A DNA stretch of 63,943 nt, filler included, from Reticulomyxa filosa (taxonomy: Eukaryota; Protista; Foraminifera): the NCBI GenBank assembly GCA_000512085.1. It is 18 parts of 18 records of this genome, joined end to end, with 100 filler letters (N's around TTAATTAATTAA, not from the genome) between each part and the next. Parts side by side here need not be neighbours in the genome. Positions count along the whole stretch, not along the records: positions 27,642 to 30,053 come from ASPP01008052.1; positions 30,154 to 32,055 come from ASPP01000992.1; positions 32,156 to 34,841 come from ASPP01013995.1; positions 34,942 to 38,889 come from ASPP01002617.1; positions 38,990 to 44,468 come from ASPP01001812.1; 13 more parts are not named here. One strand, 5' to 3'. Position numbers and translations under genes: made by a program. This document shows, piece after piece, positions 27,670 through 39,467 of the stretch; the stretch's first letter is position 1, and every line of letters begins with the position of its first letter. The notes beneath the pieces are model-generated. The model worked only from the letters and a program-made list of their open reading frames with translations, ran no database searches and was not told the origin of the DNA.

Positions 27670-29990
27670 AAACTTCTTGTGATGGGTCATATTTTCTTGC
27701 TGTTTGCATTTTGCCTTTATTGTAATCCTTATTAATACGTTTGGACTTTCGGGAAATGTCATCCATCGTCTGCGGATAATTGCGATGAGCAGGATGATTT
27801 GGTCGGATAAACACATTGGATCGGAACGAGTTATCGATTTTGGTTTGCTCTTGGAATTTTTCCCTTTCACGCAAATTGGCGGTTCGCGAGCACGTGCGAA
27901 TAATTTTTCCCACGCGCACTTCCGTCTGCAAAATTTCATTTCGACTGCGCGTCGGCGGAGGAGACCGACTCGAGGCCGAGCGATGGCTTTTTTTGGAAGG
28001 CGATCGATGGTCCACTTCTTTCATATCAAATGCATCAAAGGTATTGATGCCAGTATTTATGTTATTGTTATCGTTATCATATTATTATTATTATTATTAT
28101 TGTTATTACTCAATGGATTTAATTCTTGCTCCATTGATAGTGGTCTTCCTTCTTCTTCTTCATTCATTCGATTCAATCTTCTCTGTTCACTCAATGCCAA
28201 GGAATGTTCTATAGCTGCGCCTCGGGTGGACTGCATCTGTTCGTCGTCATCACATAGTGGTGGAGGGGCAGTAGTAGACAAATGAGTAGTAGTAGTAGTA
28301 GTAGTATATCCAGACTTGACATTGGGACTGGCAATAGCATCCGTGGCACCATCACTACCACTGCTGCTCTTGTGTGCGGACGTGGCATCCACTCTGATGG
28401 AAGAGCACGTTTTTGATCCGACCCCATCCAATGGCTTGGACAACGAATGGCTTTGTTCCGTGGTTTCGACGCAGTCAAAGGGACAAAATCCACCCGACGG
28501 ATTTGCATTTGTCTCTTCGTCGTCATTTTCCAAATCGATTTTACGTCTGTGAATGGAGCTGCAGTTGGACAAACTCGTGCGACGACTCTCCCCTCCGGGC
28601 GTTTTCACCAATTGGCAAACGCCGTCCAACACAGACAACTGGATATCTGGCCGTTGTGGTGTTTGCGACAGCACTTCGGGCAATTTTTCCGGCGTGGCTT
28701 TGACCAATTCCTGTAAGCAGCCAAACGCGCTGTTTCTCTTGTCTGGGGACAGCTGTGCCAATTGCGTTGGGTCCGAATACAATTCGTTGAGTCCATCGTA
28801 CAGACTTTGCGCAACGAGATGGGCCAAAAAACCACTGTTGTTTTCTTCTTTCGCATTCTCACTCGACTTGCAGCTTTCGGCTTTGTGTTCCCTTTCCACC
28901 ACATTGTGCTTCTGCGTTGAGTTGGGTCGCGGTTGATACGCTTCCATCAGTTCCTCCACCGCCTGCGGGACAATCACACCGCTGTTTTCAATCTTCCCAT
29001 TTGCATTAGCCCCAACGTTCTCTTTCTCCGTCCCCGTGTTGGGTAACAACTGCGCCATCCCATAAAATACTTTTTCGGCGATTATTTTCGCGACTTTATT
29101 TGGAGACACCTTTACAAAGACATATACATTACATTATATATATATATATAATGTAATGTATATGTCATGAAAAACATAACCTGCAAAGAATCGGCCAATT
29201 GTTGAAACATTTCTTTGCATTCTTGGACAACCGTTTCATATTTGTCATTGTCGACATTGTCATCGTCAGCATTGTCATCGTTGCTATCAGTGTAATCATT
29301 GTTGCAATTGGATTTCGATTTGCTTTTACTGTGATTTGGGTTTTGCGGCTTGGACAAGACAAAGTCGTCACCATTTCGATCGGCGCTCGCGCCACTTCCG
29401 CTGAAGCTGTGTCGCTTGCAAATGGAGCGAGAAGGGGTTTGCAAGGTACGCACAATGTGTGGCTGGTATCGCGGGTTTTTTAGCAGACTGTCCAGCACGG
29501 TCGGTGGTTTGAAAGAGGACGGATCATCATCTCCACTGTTGCTAATAGCAACACTCGCATTAGTAGCATTATCACTGGCATCACTATGCTGAGGATGAGC
29601 ATGAGGATGATTATCATCACACATAACAAAGGAAGCCCCATATTCTTTGGCTGCGTGCTCCAAGGACATGTTCGCATGCTCTTCTCCACCGTCGGCCATT
29701 TCCAAAGGAATGTCGTCCAATGTTTCCAATATCGGCTGAATGACGGCTCGATGGATGCTCGTTTCGCGTTGGTCGTGGAGGTTCGATGGCGCGACGAGTG
29801 CGATCAATTTGTATGTCAACTCCTCTTGCATCGCGTCCACATTGCAGTTCAGCTTCAATTGGATCATCACGTTATACAAGTCGTCCAATGCTTTCCGAAT
29901 GCATACCGTCATACGTTCCATTCTCTGTGGAGTTTGTCTTACAATCGATAGTGCTCGCAGTATTCGGTCCACATTTCGTTCATATATTCC
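27670..29990 (-). CDS. Hypothetical, largely low-complexity/disordered protein (multi-exon, partial)
   Basis: Consecutive minus-strand ORFs 29112-29972, 28057-29109 and 27590-28024 with S/T-P-rich and N/D/T runs; (TA)n intron near 29110-29180. Confidence 0.65.
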
Positions 29991-30852
29991 TTTTTTTTTT
30001 TTTTGTGTTTCTTTTTCTCCCTCTCCCTCTCCCTCCCCCCCCTCCCCCTTTTTNNNNNNNNNNNNNNNNNNNNNNNNNNNNNNNNNNNNNNNNNNNNTTA
30101 ATTAATTAANNNNNNNNNNNNNNNNNNNNNNNNNNNNNNNNNNNNNNNNNNNNCTACTGTATGTATAAAGTAATGAACACGAATTTTCGTACAAGTTTTG
30201 ACTGAATTCTTTACGCCGACGTGCGGTTGTGCGTAAGTATACGATTATATAATCTAGTGATATGAAAACGCAAATCTGATTGTCTCGTTGATCATTGAAA
30301 TATTTTGACTAGTTAATTGCATTGCTTAATATAATCAGAAAATGAATGTTATAAACTTTATCATCATAGTTTTTTTGTTTCGTATTGAAGAATGCAAACT
30401 AAAAATAGAATATTTTGTTTGTCAAATAATTATAAAATATGTTCTTTTGCTTATATGTAATGCTTAATTATTTCTCATAAAGAATATTATAAGTTTATAT
30501 TTTGTCCACAAATTTTATATCAAAACAACTAATACAAATATACATAGTAGAATTATAGTGTCTTTCACTTTTCTGGAAATTTCGCAGTCAAATCAATTTT
30601 GACAGTTTTATTTTGTAAGATAAATGAATGTAACTTATCGTACATTTATACTGCAAAGCAAACATCAAACTTATTATTAAATGTATAAAAAACAGACCAA
30701 CCAAAACCAGAATGACTGAATTTTTGAACTATAGTTTAGTCCTTTGCTTTAGATATTGCTGGACTTTTTATAATGTACAATATATATTAACTTTCAACAA
30801 AGGTCAATGAATAAAAATATGAATTATTAATCAAAAATGGTCGAGTAACATA

Positions 30853-31721
30853 CAATTGACTTAAAAAAAGACTACACTAAAATGAACACAATAAGCATTT
30901 GCAATTTTATTCATGAAAAATTAGTTTTTTCAAAATCTTTTTTTAAATGATATCTAGACATCATGTGGAATCTGAATGTCTTTGGTTTTTAATAAAAATG
31001 TAGAAAACCATGCAAAAATACTTAATGTTTTTGAAGTTTTGTCTTTAACCCGTTTTTTTTTGCTTTTTTTGCTGAATTTTGTGAAAATAACGGGAAAAAT
31101 TTTACACATTGCAGGCTTGGTGAAATTAAAGCTTACAAAAGATTTGTCTTGGCTAAGCGTGTTGCCACATTAATGGATCGCATTGTTTCTACAACTAAGA
31201 GCGCACTTAAGCCTGAAAAAAAAAATTTTGAATAGCGTAAAGTTGGAAGAGCAACCTAGAAAAACAACAACAGTATTGTAGGAATAGTGAGGAGACTAAG
31301 TGTAATACGAAAGGAAACTTAGTTCCAAAAAGTAATTTCAGGGAAAAGAAAGTAAATTCACGAAAAATTGCAACACAATGAAAGGAAACAACTAAAGAAC
31401 TAGACAAAGTGAGTTGCGTTGTTAAGAAGGTTTAACCCACAGGGGGTCCCACAGTTCCTTTGTTTGAACTTGTATAATAGGGCTTTACCCTACAGTGTAA
31501 TGTTTTTACTTTTAATACCAACTTTTTAAAAATTTTCAAAAAAGAACAAAAACATTAAAAATTTTTACATGGTTTTCTACACTTTTATTAAAAATCAAAA
31601 CATTCAGATTCTACATGATGTCTAGATATCATTTAAAAAAAGGTTTAAATTCTCCATGAATAAAATTGCAAATGTTTATAGGGATTCATTTTAGGCGGTC
31701 TTTTTTTTTTGCGGTCGATTG
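30853..31721. mobile_element. MITE/foldback-like element with ~180-bp imperfect terminal inverted repeats
   Basis: Arms ~30853-31032 and ~31547-31721 are reverse complements, e.g. TTTAAATGATATCTAGACATCATGTGGAATCTGAATG vs CATTCAGATTCTACATGATGTCTAGATATCATTTAAA. Ends are TA|CAAT ... ATTG|TA. Confidence 0.8.
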
Positions 31722-32296
31722 TATATACATAATCACAGATTATCAAGTAAAAAACACGTTTTATGAAAATAAGACAAAAATTATATTTCTGCAATTAGTC
31801 AAACTATTGTGTCTCGTTCAGATGAAACAGTTTGTCTGTGAATGTAAAATCTGGACATTAAATACTGTTATCTTGGTATCAGGTTTGTAGTATGAATAGA
31901 TATTTTGTCAATATTTCAGGTCGATAAAAAAAAGATTAGTTGAACTTTGACCCTGGGTCAAAACGAGTGGAAGTGCAAGAGTTTCAATTCTCAATTTTAA
32001 AATGGCATCAGACTGATATAAATGCGCATTAATTTGTTTGGAATTCTATCAGAGTNNNNNNNNNNNNNNNNNNNNNNNNNNNNNNNNNNNNNNNNNNNNT
32101 TAATTAATTAANNNNNNNNNNNNNNNNNNNNNNNNNNNNNNNNNNNNNNNNNNNNAAAAAAAAAAAAAAAAAATTCCTTTTTTTTTTTTTTTTTTTTTTG
32201 AAAAAGAAAAGGGAGCAATAGACACATCGGAAGGAAGTTCATATACGTATACAAACCAAGTATCTTCACACAATTTGAATGGGAAACAAGGCGAAA

Positions 32297-33237
32297 TGTC
32301 AAGCAAAACAGTTGGCATGGGGAAGGTTTCAACAAAAAGACCGAACATACACCAATCACGTAAAAAACTGAAAACAGAAGGTGGAATGGAAGGCATTTCC
32401 AAAGACAATTGCAAGAGCAATATAATGAGTAACAATAGCAACACAAATAATAACGACAACAAAGAACATGTAAAGATGATATCATGTCCTCAAAAGCACA
32501 CGTAAGTATTCAAACTACAAAATATGCACCTATACATACATATGTATATATGTATATATGTATATACATATATACATATATACATATGTATGTATATGTT
32601 TATATGTTAACATATACACATACCATACATATATCCAATATACACACTCAATTTGCTTTGGTAGAAAAAAAAAATCCTCATCATACACACAAAGTGATGT
32701 CGAGACAGACAACGTGGCGATCAAAAAAGAGGAGAAGGACGACAGCTTACATATGGAGAACAACAACACAATGCTGAGGAGTGGGAATTGGTGGGAAAAT
32801 GTAGGATTTGAGGCCAAGTGTCATTTGTGTGACGAGGCGTTTTCCGACGACCGAAGCTACACAGGACATTTGAAAGAGACACACTACACGGGGAAGTACA
32901 ACGACGTGTTGGGAATGAACTTGCAATGGCTGCAATGTCCAAACCATGGGTGTCACGGCAAAAAGTCGCGCCACTCGACCAATTTTGTGGCGCACCTGAT
33001 TATGCATTACCATAAAGACAAGCGTCCGTATGTATGCAAAGTCACCGGCTGTGACGTACGCGCTTCAACAAGACAAAACATGAAGTTGCATTTGCGCAAA
33101 ACCCATTTGCTGTGTGTGGAATACCAGCCTGTGCACAACATTAAATTGACAAATCAAATTAAAAAAAAAGAAAACGAATTGACGAAGAGGACAATAGCAA
33201 TAATAGCATTGGTATTAACCTTAACAATAGCAATAGC

Positions 33238-33286
<49 letters not shown>

Positions 33287-34841
33287 TTGGTAATGGTATT
33301 ACCAATACTGTCATCAATACAATCACCAATTCAACAATGGGTGCAACCACTACTGCTAACACTTCGCACTTTGGGAAAAAAAAAAATTGTCGACAAACGC
33401 AGTTGTGTTTAAAGCAGACAAAAACCCCATTTCAAATGACGGCGATGTCAGTCATTGCAACATGACGAACAATAACTTACGTGATAATAACAATCTGTTT
33501 ATTAGTCGCTGTGCTGACAACAGTACCGACATGGCATCCCCGCTAACGTGGTTCGTGAGCAATGGAGGCTTGATTAACCGCAGCGACATTGGAAATGGGG
33601 TTCCCTCCATCAACATGAATATGCCAATGTCGGTGCCTATGCCCGTACCTATGCCCATGTCCATGCCTATGCCGATGGCCATGCCTATGCCAATGCATAT
33701 GCCCATGCCAATGCCCATGCCCATGTCGATGCCCATGCCAATGTCGATGCCCATGTCCATGCCGATGCCCATGCCTATGCCTATGCCTATGCCTATGCCT
33801 ATGCCTGTGCCGATTGGTGATTGGCTGTTGAATGGACACATGCCCAGTGGTAACATTTGTTACAACAATATTTGCAATGGTAGCAACAGTAACAACATGA
33901 ACATTAAATTTCCGCCCTTACTTGAGTTTTGCAAATCGAGCATGCTAATAAGAGTGAACAAGATATATGTACATACATACACATATAAGAAAGAACTAGG
34001 GTGAGGATAAACAATCACATCTTTGTCTTTGTGATTGAAATCAATTCATTAAAAAAAATAAAAGGGTTTGTGGAAATGCATCTCCTCAAATGCCGGATTT
34101 TGCAGAAGTCGGGTTGCCAGGACAAATACTGATTAATGGTGATCAGATGTTACATCAAATGCAAGACATTTCTCAAGTTACTTTTCAAAAAAAAAAAAAA
34201 ATGCAAAGGTTTATATTTCTTCATACTACTTTATCATCTCTTTGTGTATAAATGTATATACACACACACACACACACACATACATACTCATTGACAACAA
34301 CAACAACAACAACATATTGATGGACGACATATCAAAAAAAAAAAAAAAAGTTTGGATTTGTGCAGTTCCCAAGTAATAACGGCAATAGTAACAACAGCAA
34401 CAACAATTACAATAATAACAACAATACCAATGGCAATAGTAATAACAACGGTAATAACAGCAACATTCCATTGTGCACAACATTAGTGGAGATTCCGAAT
34501 AATCTCAATCCCCCTCCTATGCCGCCTCATCATTCGTCATTGCTGAGCAACGACTTTCCCACAATGCACCACAATATCTCCACACAGGTATCTCCACTTC
34601 CGCCCCTCTGTGTACCCTTTTCACAAGTGCCTCTTACACACACAAATGATCGCGCCGGTCATTTTTTGCAAAACATGAGTTTGGGTAATCGAACTACTAT
34701 CCCATCCATGCCAACCTTTGCTTCTTCTTCTTCTTCTTCTTCTTCTTCTTCTTCCTCTTCCTCTTCCTCTTCTTCTTCTTCCTCCTCTTCTTCCTCTTCT
34801 TCCTCCTCGTCCTCATCTTCAACGTCCTCGGCATCTTCCTC
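32297..34841 (+). CDS. C2H2 zinc-finger transcription factor with N-, (MP)n- and S-rich regions (partial)
   Basis: Three fingers: CHLCDEAF...HLKETH, CPNHGC...[15 protein letters not shown]...HLRKTH. Basic NLS-like first exon. Frame slips at A runs near 33165 and 33380. Confidence 0.8.
33621..33812 (+). repeat. (ATGCCN)n hexamer repeat encoding a Met-Pro dipeptide tract
   Basis: About 30 ATGCCN/ATGTCN units read directly from the sequence. Confidence 0.9.
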
Positions 34842-34941
34842 NNNNNNNNNNNNNNNNNNNNNNNNNNNNNNNNNNNNNNNNNNNNTTAATTAATTAANNN
34901 NNNNNNNNNNNNNNNNNNNNNNNNNNNNNNNNNNNNNNNNN

Positions 34942-36444
34942 TTCAATTCTTTCCATATCGTTTGGAAAGATAATAATAATAAAACGCACAAAGAGTCATT
35001 CAATCCTTATACAGTGACTTTGAAACAAGCGATACAAAAAATAACTGAGAAATTACAAACACAGGAACAATTTTTGTACGGGAAAGATGAATTGATCACA
35101 TTGGAATGTACATTTAAAAAATGCCATCCACCTATTCCTTCGGATATCAGCGATGATGCATTATTGCATGATATTTACAAACATTTTCCCCATTATCCAA
35201 TTATTCAAGTTTATTGGGAAATAAGTGCTTGGTTTATGGTACCTTATGAACGCACCATTGTTGTAGAGGGCATTCATTCCTTGAAAAAACAAGTGGATAT
35301 TCTACCGGATCCAACACCGAAATTCAATCCGTTTTTTTATATCTCGGATTTGCACAATCTGCATAATATTGAAAATGCTTTACCAAAGACAAAGCCAAGC
35401 TCAAGTTACAAAAATTTGTTGCACGAAATAATTAATAATGGTTATTTGTGTAATTTGCTTATTTCTGGCAAAGATCATAATAATGAAATAAAATCTGATA
35501 TTCAGGAACAGATAAAAAAACAACTACATTTTAATAAATATAATGCGGAAGATTTGGTTTTAGATGAAAATGTATTGACAATAATGGGTCAAGTGAAAGA
35601 GTTATATCATTCTGATATTCATAAACTCATGGGATATCCTCTTCAATTACATGAAATTTGCTCTGTATTATTATACTGTGGAGGAAGTTGTAATTTTCAA
35701 TTCGGTTATGATCAACTACATTTTCAGCATCATAAGTGGCAATATTTGGATATGTTTTTGCTTACTGCAATCAAAAAATACAGTTTTCATGAAAGAAAAG
35801 AAGAAAGTAGGATGAACTTATATTGTGGATTGAAAGAAGTAAGATTGCAAAATATTGAAAAAGATATCAAAGAAGGATATTTCATCAGTCATTTCTTTGC
35901 TTCTGATGATTTACAAACTGAACAAATGTATCGAACTGATCGTGGATGTATTTTACATTTTCATCCTTCTATGAGACGAGCACAAAATATATTCAGTTGT
36001 AATGTATCATGGATATCTCCTCATAAATATAAATGTGAAATTTTATTTTTAAGATCATTCATAGATGATACTTTTGAAAAAAAAGTTGCTAAAGGACTCA
36101 ATGGATGGAAAGCAAAAGTGAAGAGTGAAGATGAAAATACTCAAATGATAATATTAACATGGATAATGTATGATATATTCATTCAACAATCCTTACAAAT
36201 CAGTGCAATATGGAATAATTCTATTGATCTAAATCTCATTTATATAGCATTAGAAGGATTGTATGGAGATATTGAAAAAGCAGTAGGATTACTGGTAAAA
36301 TTTGAAAAATGGAAAACTCAATACAATGGTGAAGCAAAATATACACAAAAGATGGAGGAATTTCAGACAAGACGTTGTTGTAATCACCATGTCAATCTAT
36401 TTTGTATGTTTCTTCAGAAAAAAACTTCTCCAAAAGGATTGTAA
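34942..36444 (+). CDS. Putative ADP-ribosyltransferase-fold protein (Ubl-like + ART + UBA-like), 5'-truncated
   Basis: ICSVLLYCG...KW...L..AI, LYCGL, GYFISHFFASDD, GCILHF and CNVSWISPHKYKCEILF follow the R-S-E ART motif order. C-terminal IDLNLIYIALEGLYGDIEKAVGLL is UBA/CUE-like. Paralogous to 42458-44468. Confidence 0.65.
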   Translation, partial: FNSFHIVWKDNNNKTHKESFNPYTVTLKQAIQKITEKLQTQEQFLYGKDELITLECTFKKCHPPIPSDISDDALLHDIYKHFPHYPIIQVYWEISAWFMVPYERTIVVEGIHSLKKQVDILPDPTPKFNPFFYISDLHNLHNIENALPKTKPSSSYKNLLHEIINNGYLCNLLISGKDHNNEIKSDIQEQIKKQLHFNKYNAEDLVLDENVLTIMGQVKELYHSDIHKLMGYPLQLHEICSVLLYCGGSCNFQFGYDQLHFQHHKWQYLDMFLLTAIKKYSFHERKEESRMNLYCGLKEVRLQNIEKDIKEGYFISHFFASDDLQTEQMYRTDRGCILHFHPSMRRAQNIFSCNVSWISPHKYKCEILFLRSFIDDTFEKKVAKGLNGWKAKVKSEDENTQMIILTWIMYDIFIQQSLQISAIWNNSIDLNLIYIALEGLYGDIEKAVGLLVKFEKWKTQYNGEAKYTQKMEEFQTRRCCNHHVNLFCMFLQKKTSPKGL

Positions 36445-36889
36445 AGATATCAGTGCATTGTTTACAGTAGCAACGGCTTGCCATTTGTTGAGAAAGATTG
36501 TGTACTTAATAACAATAAAACACGTTGATAGATGGATATAATAAGTTATGATTGTTTAATTTTAATAAAATTTACAATCAAAGATCATCCTAATGTTTAC
36601 CATATTGCAATATTCTTTTATCTGCTGTTATCCATTGTCTCAAACAATAAATTAATAATTTGAGTGGTCAAACGATCAGCAAGACAAATTATGTGATTTT
36701 TTTTTTCCATAAAGTGAATGACAAAATAATAACACAAATTACATATATATATCATTATAATGACAAAAAAAAAAATCTTAGTTTGAAGTATTTGTTTTCC
36801 ATTTAACGAGAAAGAAAGCTACTCATTTTTTAAACAGTCACAAAATTACAAAAAATGCAACTGAAAAAAAAAAGTAGAATTAAAATTAA

Positions 36890-38712
36890 ATCTGTAATCT
36901 ATTGAAAGGTTTCGGATCAATCTTTTTCATATCATGAGAGGATAAATCAATACCATATATTGTAATTCTGCCATATCCTCCTTTATTTTTCCAATCTTGG
37001 TTTCCTCCTTGCATACCAAAATTGTATCAAGAAGTACTTTGATGAGATAGACATTTATATTGATATTTCAATTCTATCAAAATCAATATTGATCCTTCAC
37101 TCTCACAACCACCTGGAAGTACATCTTCGCCATTGGATTGTAAAGATCCAGCGTTGAGTATGTGCTACTCAATAATCAAATGAAGAATTCCACCTCTTCT
37201 TCCTTCCTTATACACATTATCATTATCATCACAACCAGATCCTCCACCATTGCCATAATTAATTTGCTTCAGTAAAGTTTCTTCTCCATATATATCTACA
37301 CCTTTCCCATCTCCTTTTTCAACATTTCTTTATTTTCCTTTTATTCCATATCCTCCACTACCACCAAAATGGTAATGATCTTGTTCAATCTCAGTAAATC
37401 TTCCATCTCGTCCAGGACCTTCATCATATGAAAGGAGCCCTAAGCATGAACAATCAATCTTGGAGGAATAATGTTTTATCCACAAATGGCTAGTCCGAAT
37501 TTTAAGATATCCAAGTCCATTTTCATCACAATTCACAGTTAATATAATTTATTCTCCAAATAAATAAATTCCAAATTTGAAATTATTCCATTCATTATTT
37601 TTCAATTTGACTGATGGATGCATATCAAATCTTGGTTGCCCTCTATTAGTTGAATCATCAAATAAAATTGCTTTTGATTTGTATCATTCGGTTCCAAATC
37701 CACTTGTATTTTTCTTTGATCTTGTTCCAATTCTTGTAGTCATAACTTTTTCATTTGTTTTAATTTTTAATGCAATGTATATATACATAAATATGTATGT
37801 AACAAACTATGATTTTGTCAAAGGTATCTTTGTACTATAATAAAAGTTGATTAAATTGTTATATTTGTCCATCTTTTTCACAATCGTGTTCAACCAACAA
37901 TGCAATTTGTCTTGTATATTCTGAATTCATTTCTTCCTTTATTTGTGTCATTTAATTTTTTTAAATGGTTTTTAATTATTTTCAAATGAACCAGCAAAAA
38001 AAAACATTTTTTGTTTTTTCAAATTGCAATTGCGATTGTAAATCTTGGATCTTGTCTTCACTTTGTTGAATTTTTTGTTGTAATGTGGTGGATTTTATCA
38101 TTTATTAAGTGAAAGCAATTTTGCAATGGAATTGAAGTATTTTGCTTTGAAAAAAATTGCATGAATTTTCCAAATGGTCCTTTATATCCTTTATCTTTCC
38201 TTTGTAGTTACAGATACAATCGTAATTTTCATATTTGTTGGATGTCACTTCATCTGATACTTCCTTATTCGTTTGGATTTTTTAATAAATTTTGTCCATC
38301 TCATACTGTTGAGGACATATGACATACAAATCTCCAATTTGTTATCTTGCAAGTTTATTTTTTGAAAATTGACAATTGTGGTACTGTTGAATTGGACATT
38401 TTCCATCGTGATCTTTCAAGTATTTTCTCAAACATCTTAATCACAATAGAATCGTATTATCTGATGATCCAGAACACAAATATCTAAAATCATTAAAGAA
38501 GAATAATTTGTAATATTTTGATATTGATTCATAATTGATGATCGATAATATGTTATTCCATTCAAGACAATTACAGGATTCTTCATAATTGAATTAGATA
38601 ATGGAAATAAATATTCTTTTGGAGTACCTTGTTGTGAAATAACTTTATTAGAATCAATTGCACTAATTGAATATTTATTACAAAATTGAGTGAATGAATC
38701 TGTAAATGACAC
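36890..38712 (-). pseudogene. U-box + coiled-coil + glycine-rich domain protein, disrupted
   Basis: PKEYLFPLSNSIMKNPVIVLNGITYYRSSI is U-box-like. Downstream IDCSCLG...GGSGGYG...YGNGGGSG...GGILHL...GGYGRITIYG. In-frame stops at ~37550, 37330 and 37167. Confidence 0.7.
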
Positions 38713-38779
38713 AAGCTTGCAAAAATGTTTAAACTATGTTCATTCAATCATTTTTTGACATTTTTGATAATGATTTCAT

Positions 38780-38889
38780 TGTATTAATTTATTTCCAAAG
38801 TATTTCCATCCACCAATGATATGAATATTTGTATTATAATCACTCAAAGTTGCGAAACATTGAGATACTTCCATTAGCAATTTAAATTT
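38780..38889 (-). pseudogene. Kelch-family C-terminal fragment
   Basis: KLLMEVSQCFATLSDYNTNIHIIGG matches LPSLLESCIAILNEENFDIHIIGG of the 39468 kelch gene. Confidence 0.55.
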
Positions 38890-39467
38890 NNNNNNNNNNN
38901 NNNNNNNNNNNNNNNNNNNNNNNNNNNNNNNNNTTAATTAATTAANNNNNNNNNNNNNNNNNNNNNNNNNNNNNNNNNNNNNNNNNNNNCGTTGTTTTTT
39001 CATGTAGAAAATCAATAATCTCTATAAGGTGCCGTTTTATGTGAATTAACTCTTTTATTCTTTGTGTGCTCGAAAGTTTTATATGAACAAAATAGTGACC
39101 ACAGTTCGAACTGAGAGTCTCGTTTCCCAAAAACTCAACAAAAAACAAATCCTCTTTTGAATCAAATAATTTGCTACTTGCTTTTTTAAGTACAACTGAG
39201 ATATTTACAAGATGTTTGAGTAATATGCTTTTTTCATAGCCATAAATCAATATATCGCAAATAGCGTTTTACAGGAAAAAAAAATTTAAACAAGAACCAA
39301 GAAAACAAATATTTTTGTAAATCTTGACCCTAAATAAATTTTTTTGAAAACTTTTCAAACGCTTAAAAACCAAGTTTTGTTTGAATAATATATCACGTAA
39401 AACGTCTTTTTTGTCTTTCGAAAGGGTCACTTAAAAATTCTTTAAAAAATTTAGCAACATTAACAAC

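Noticed and set aside
30154-30161. CTACTGTA at the contig start, matching the MITE terminus
   Set aside because: Only 8 bp, too short to call.
31420-31500. Possible RNase MRP/P or telomerase RNA motifs (AGGGCTTTAC, TAACCC)
   Set aside because: No complementary P4 partner or full template found; the matches are too short.
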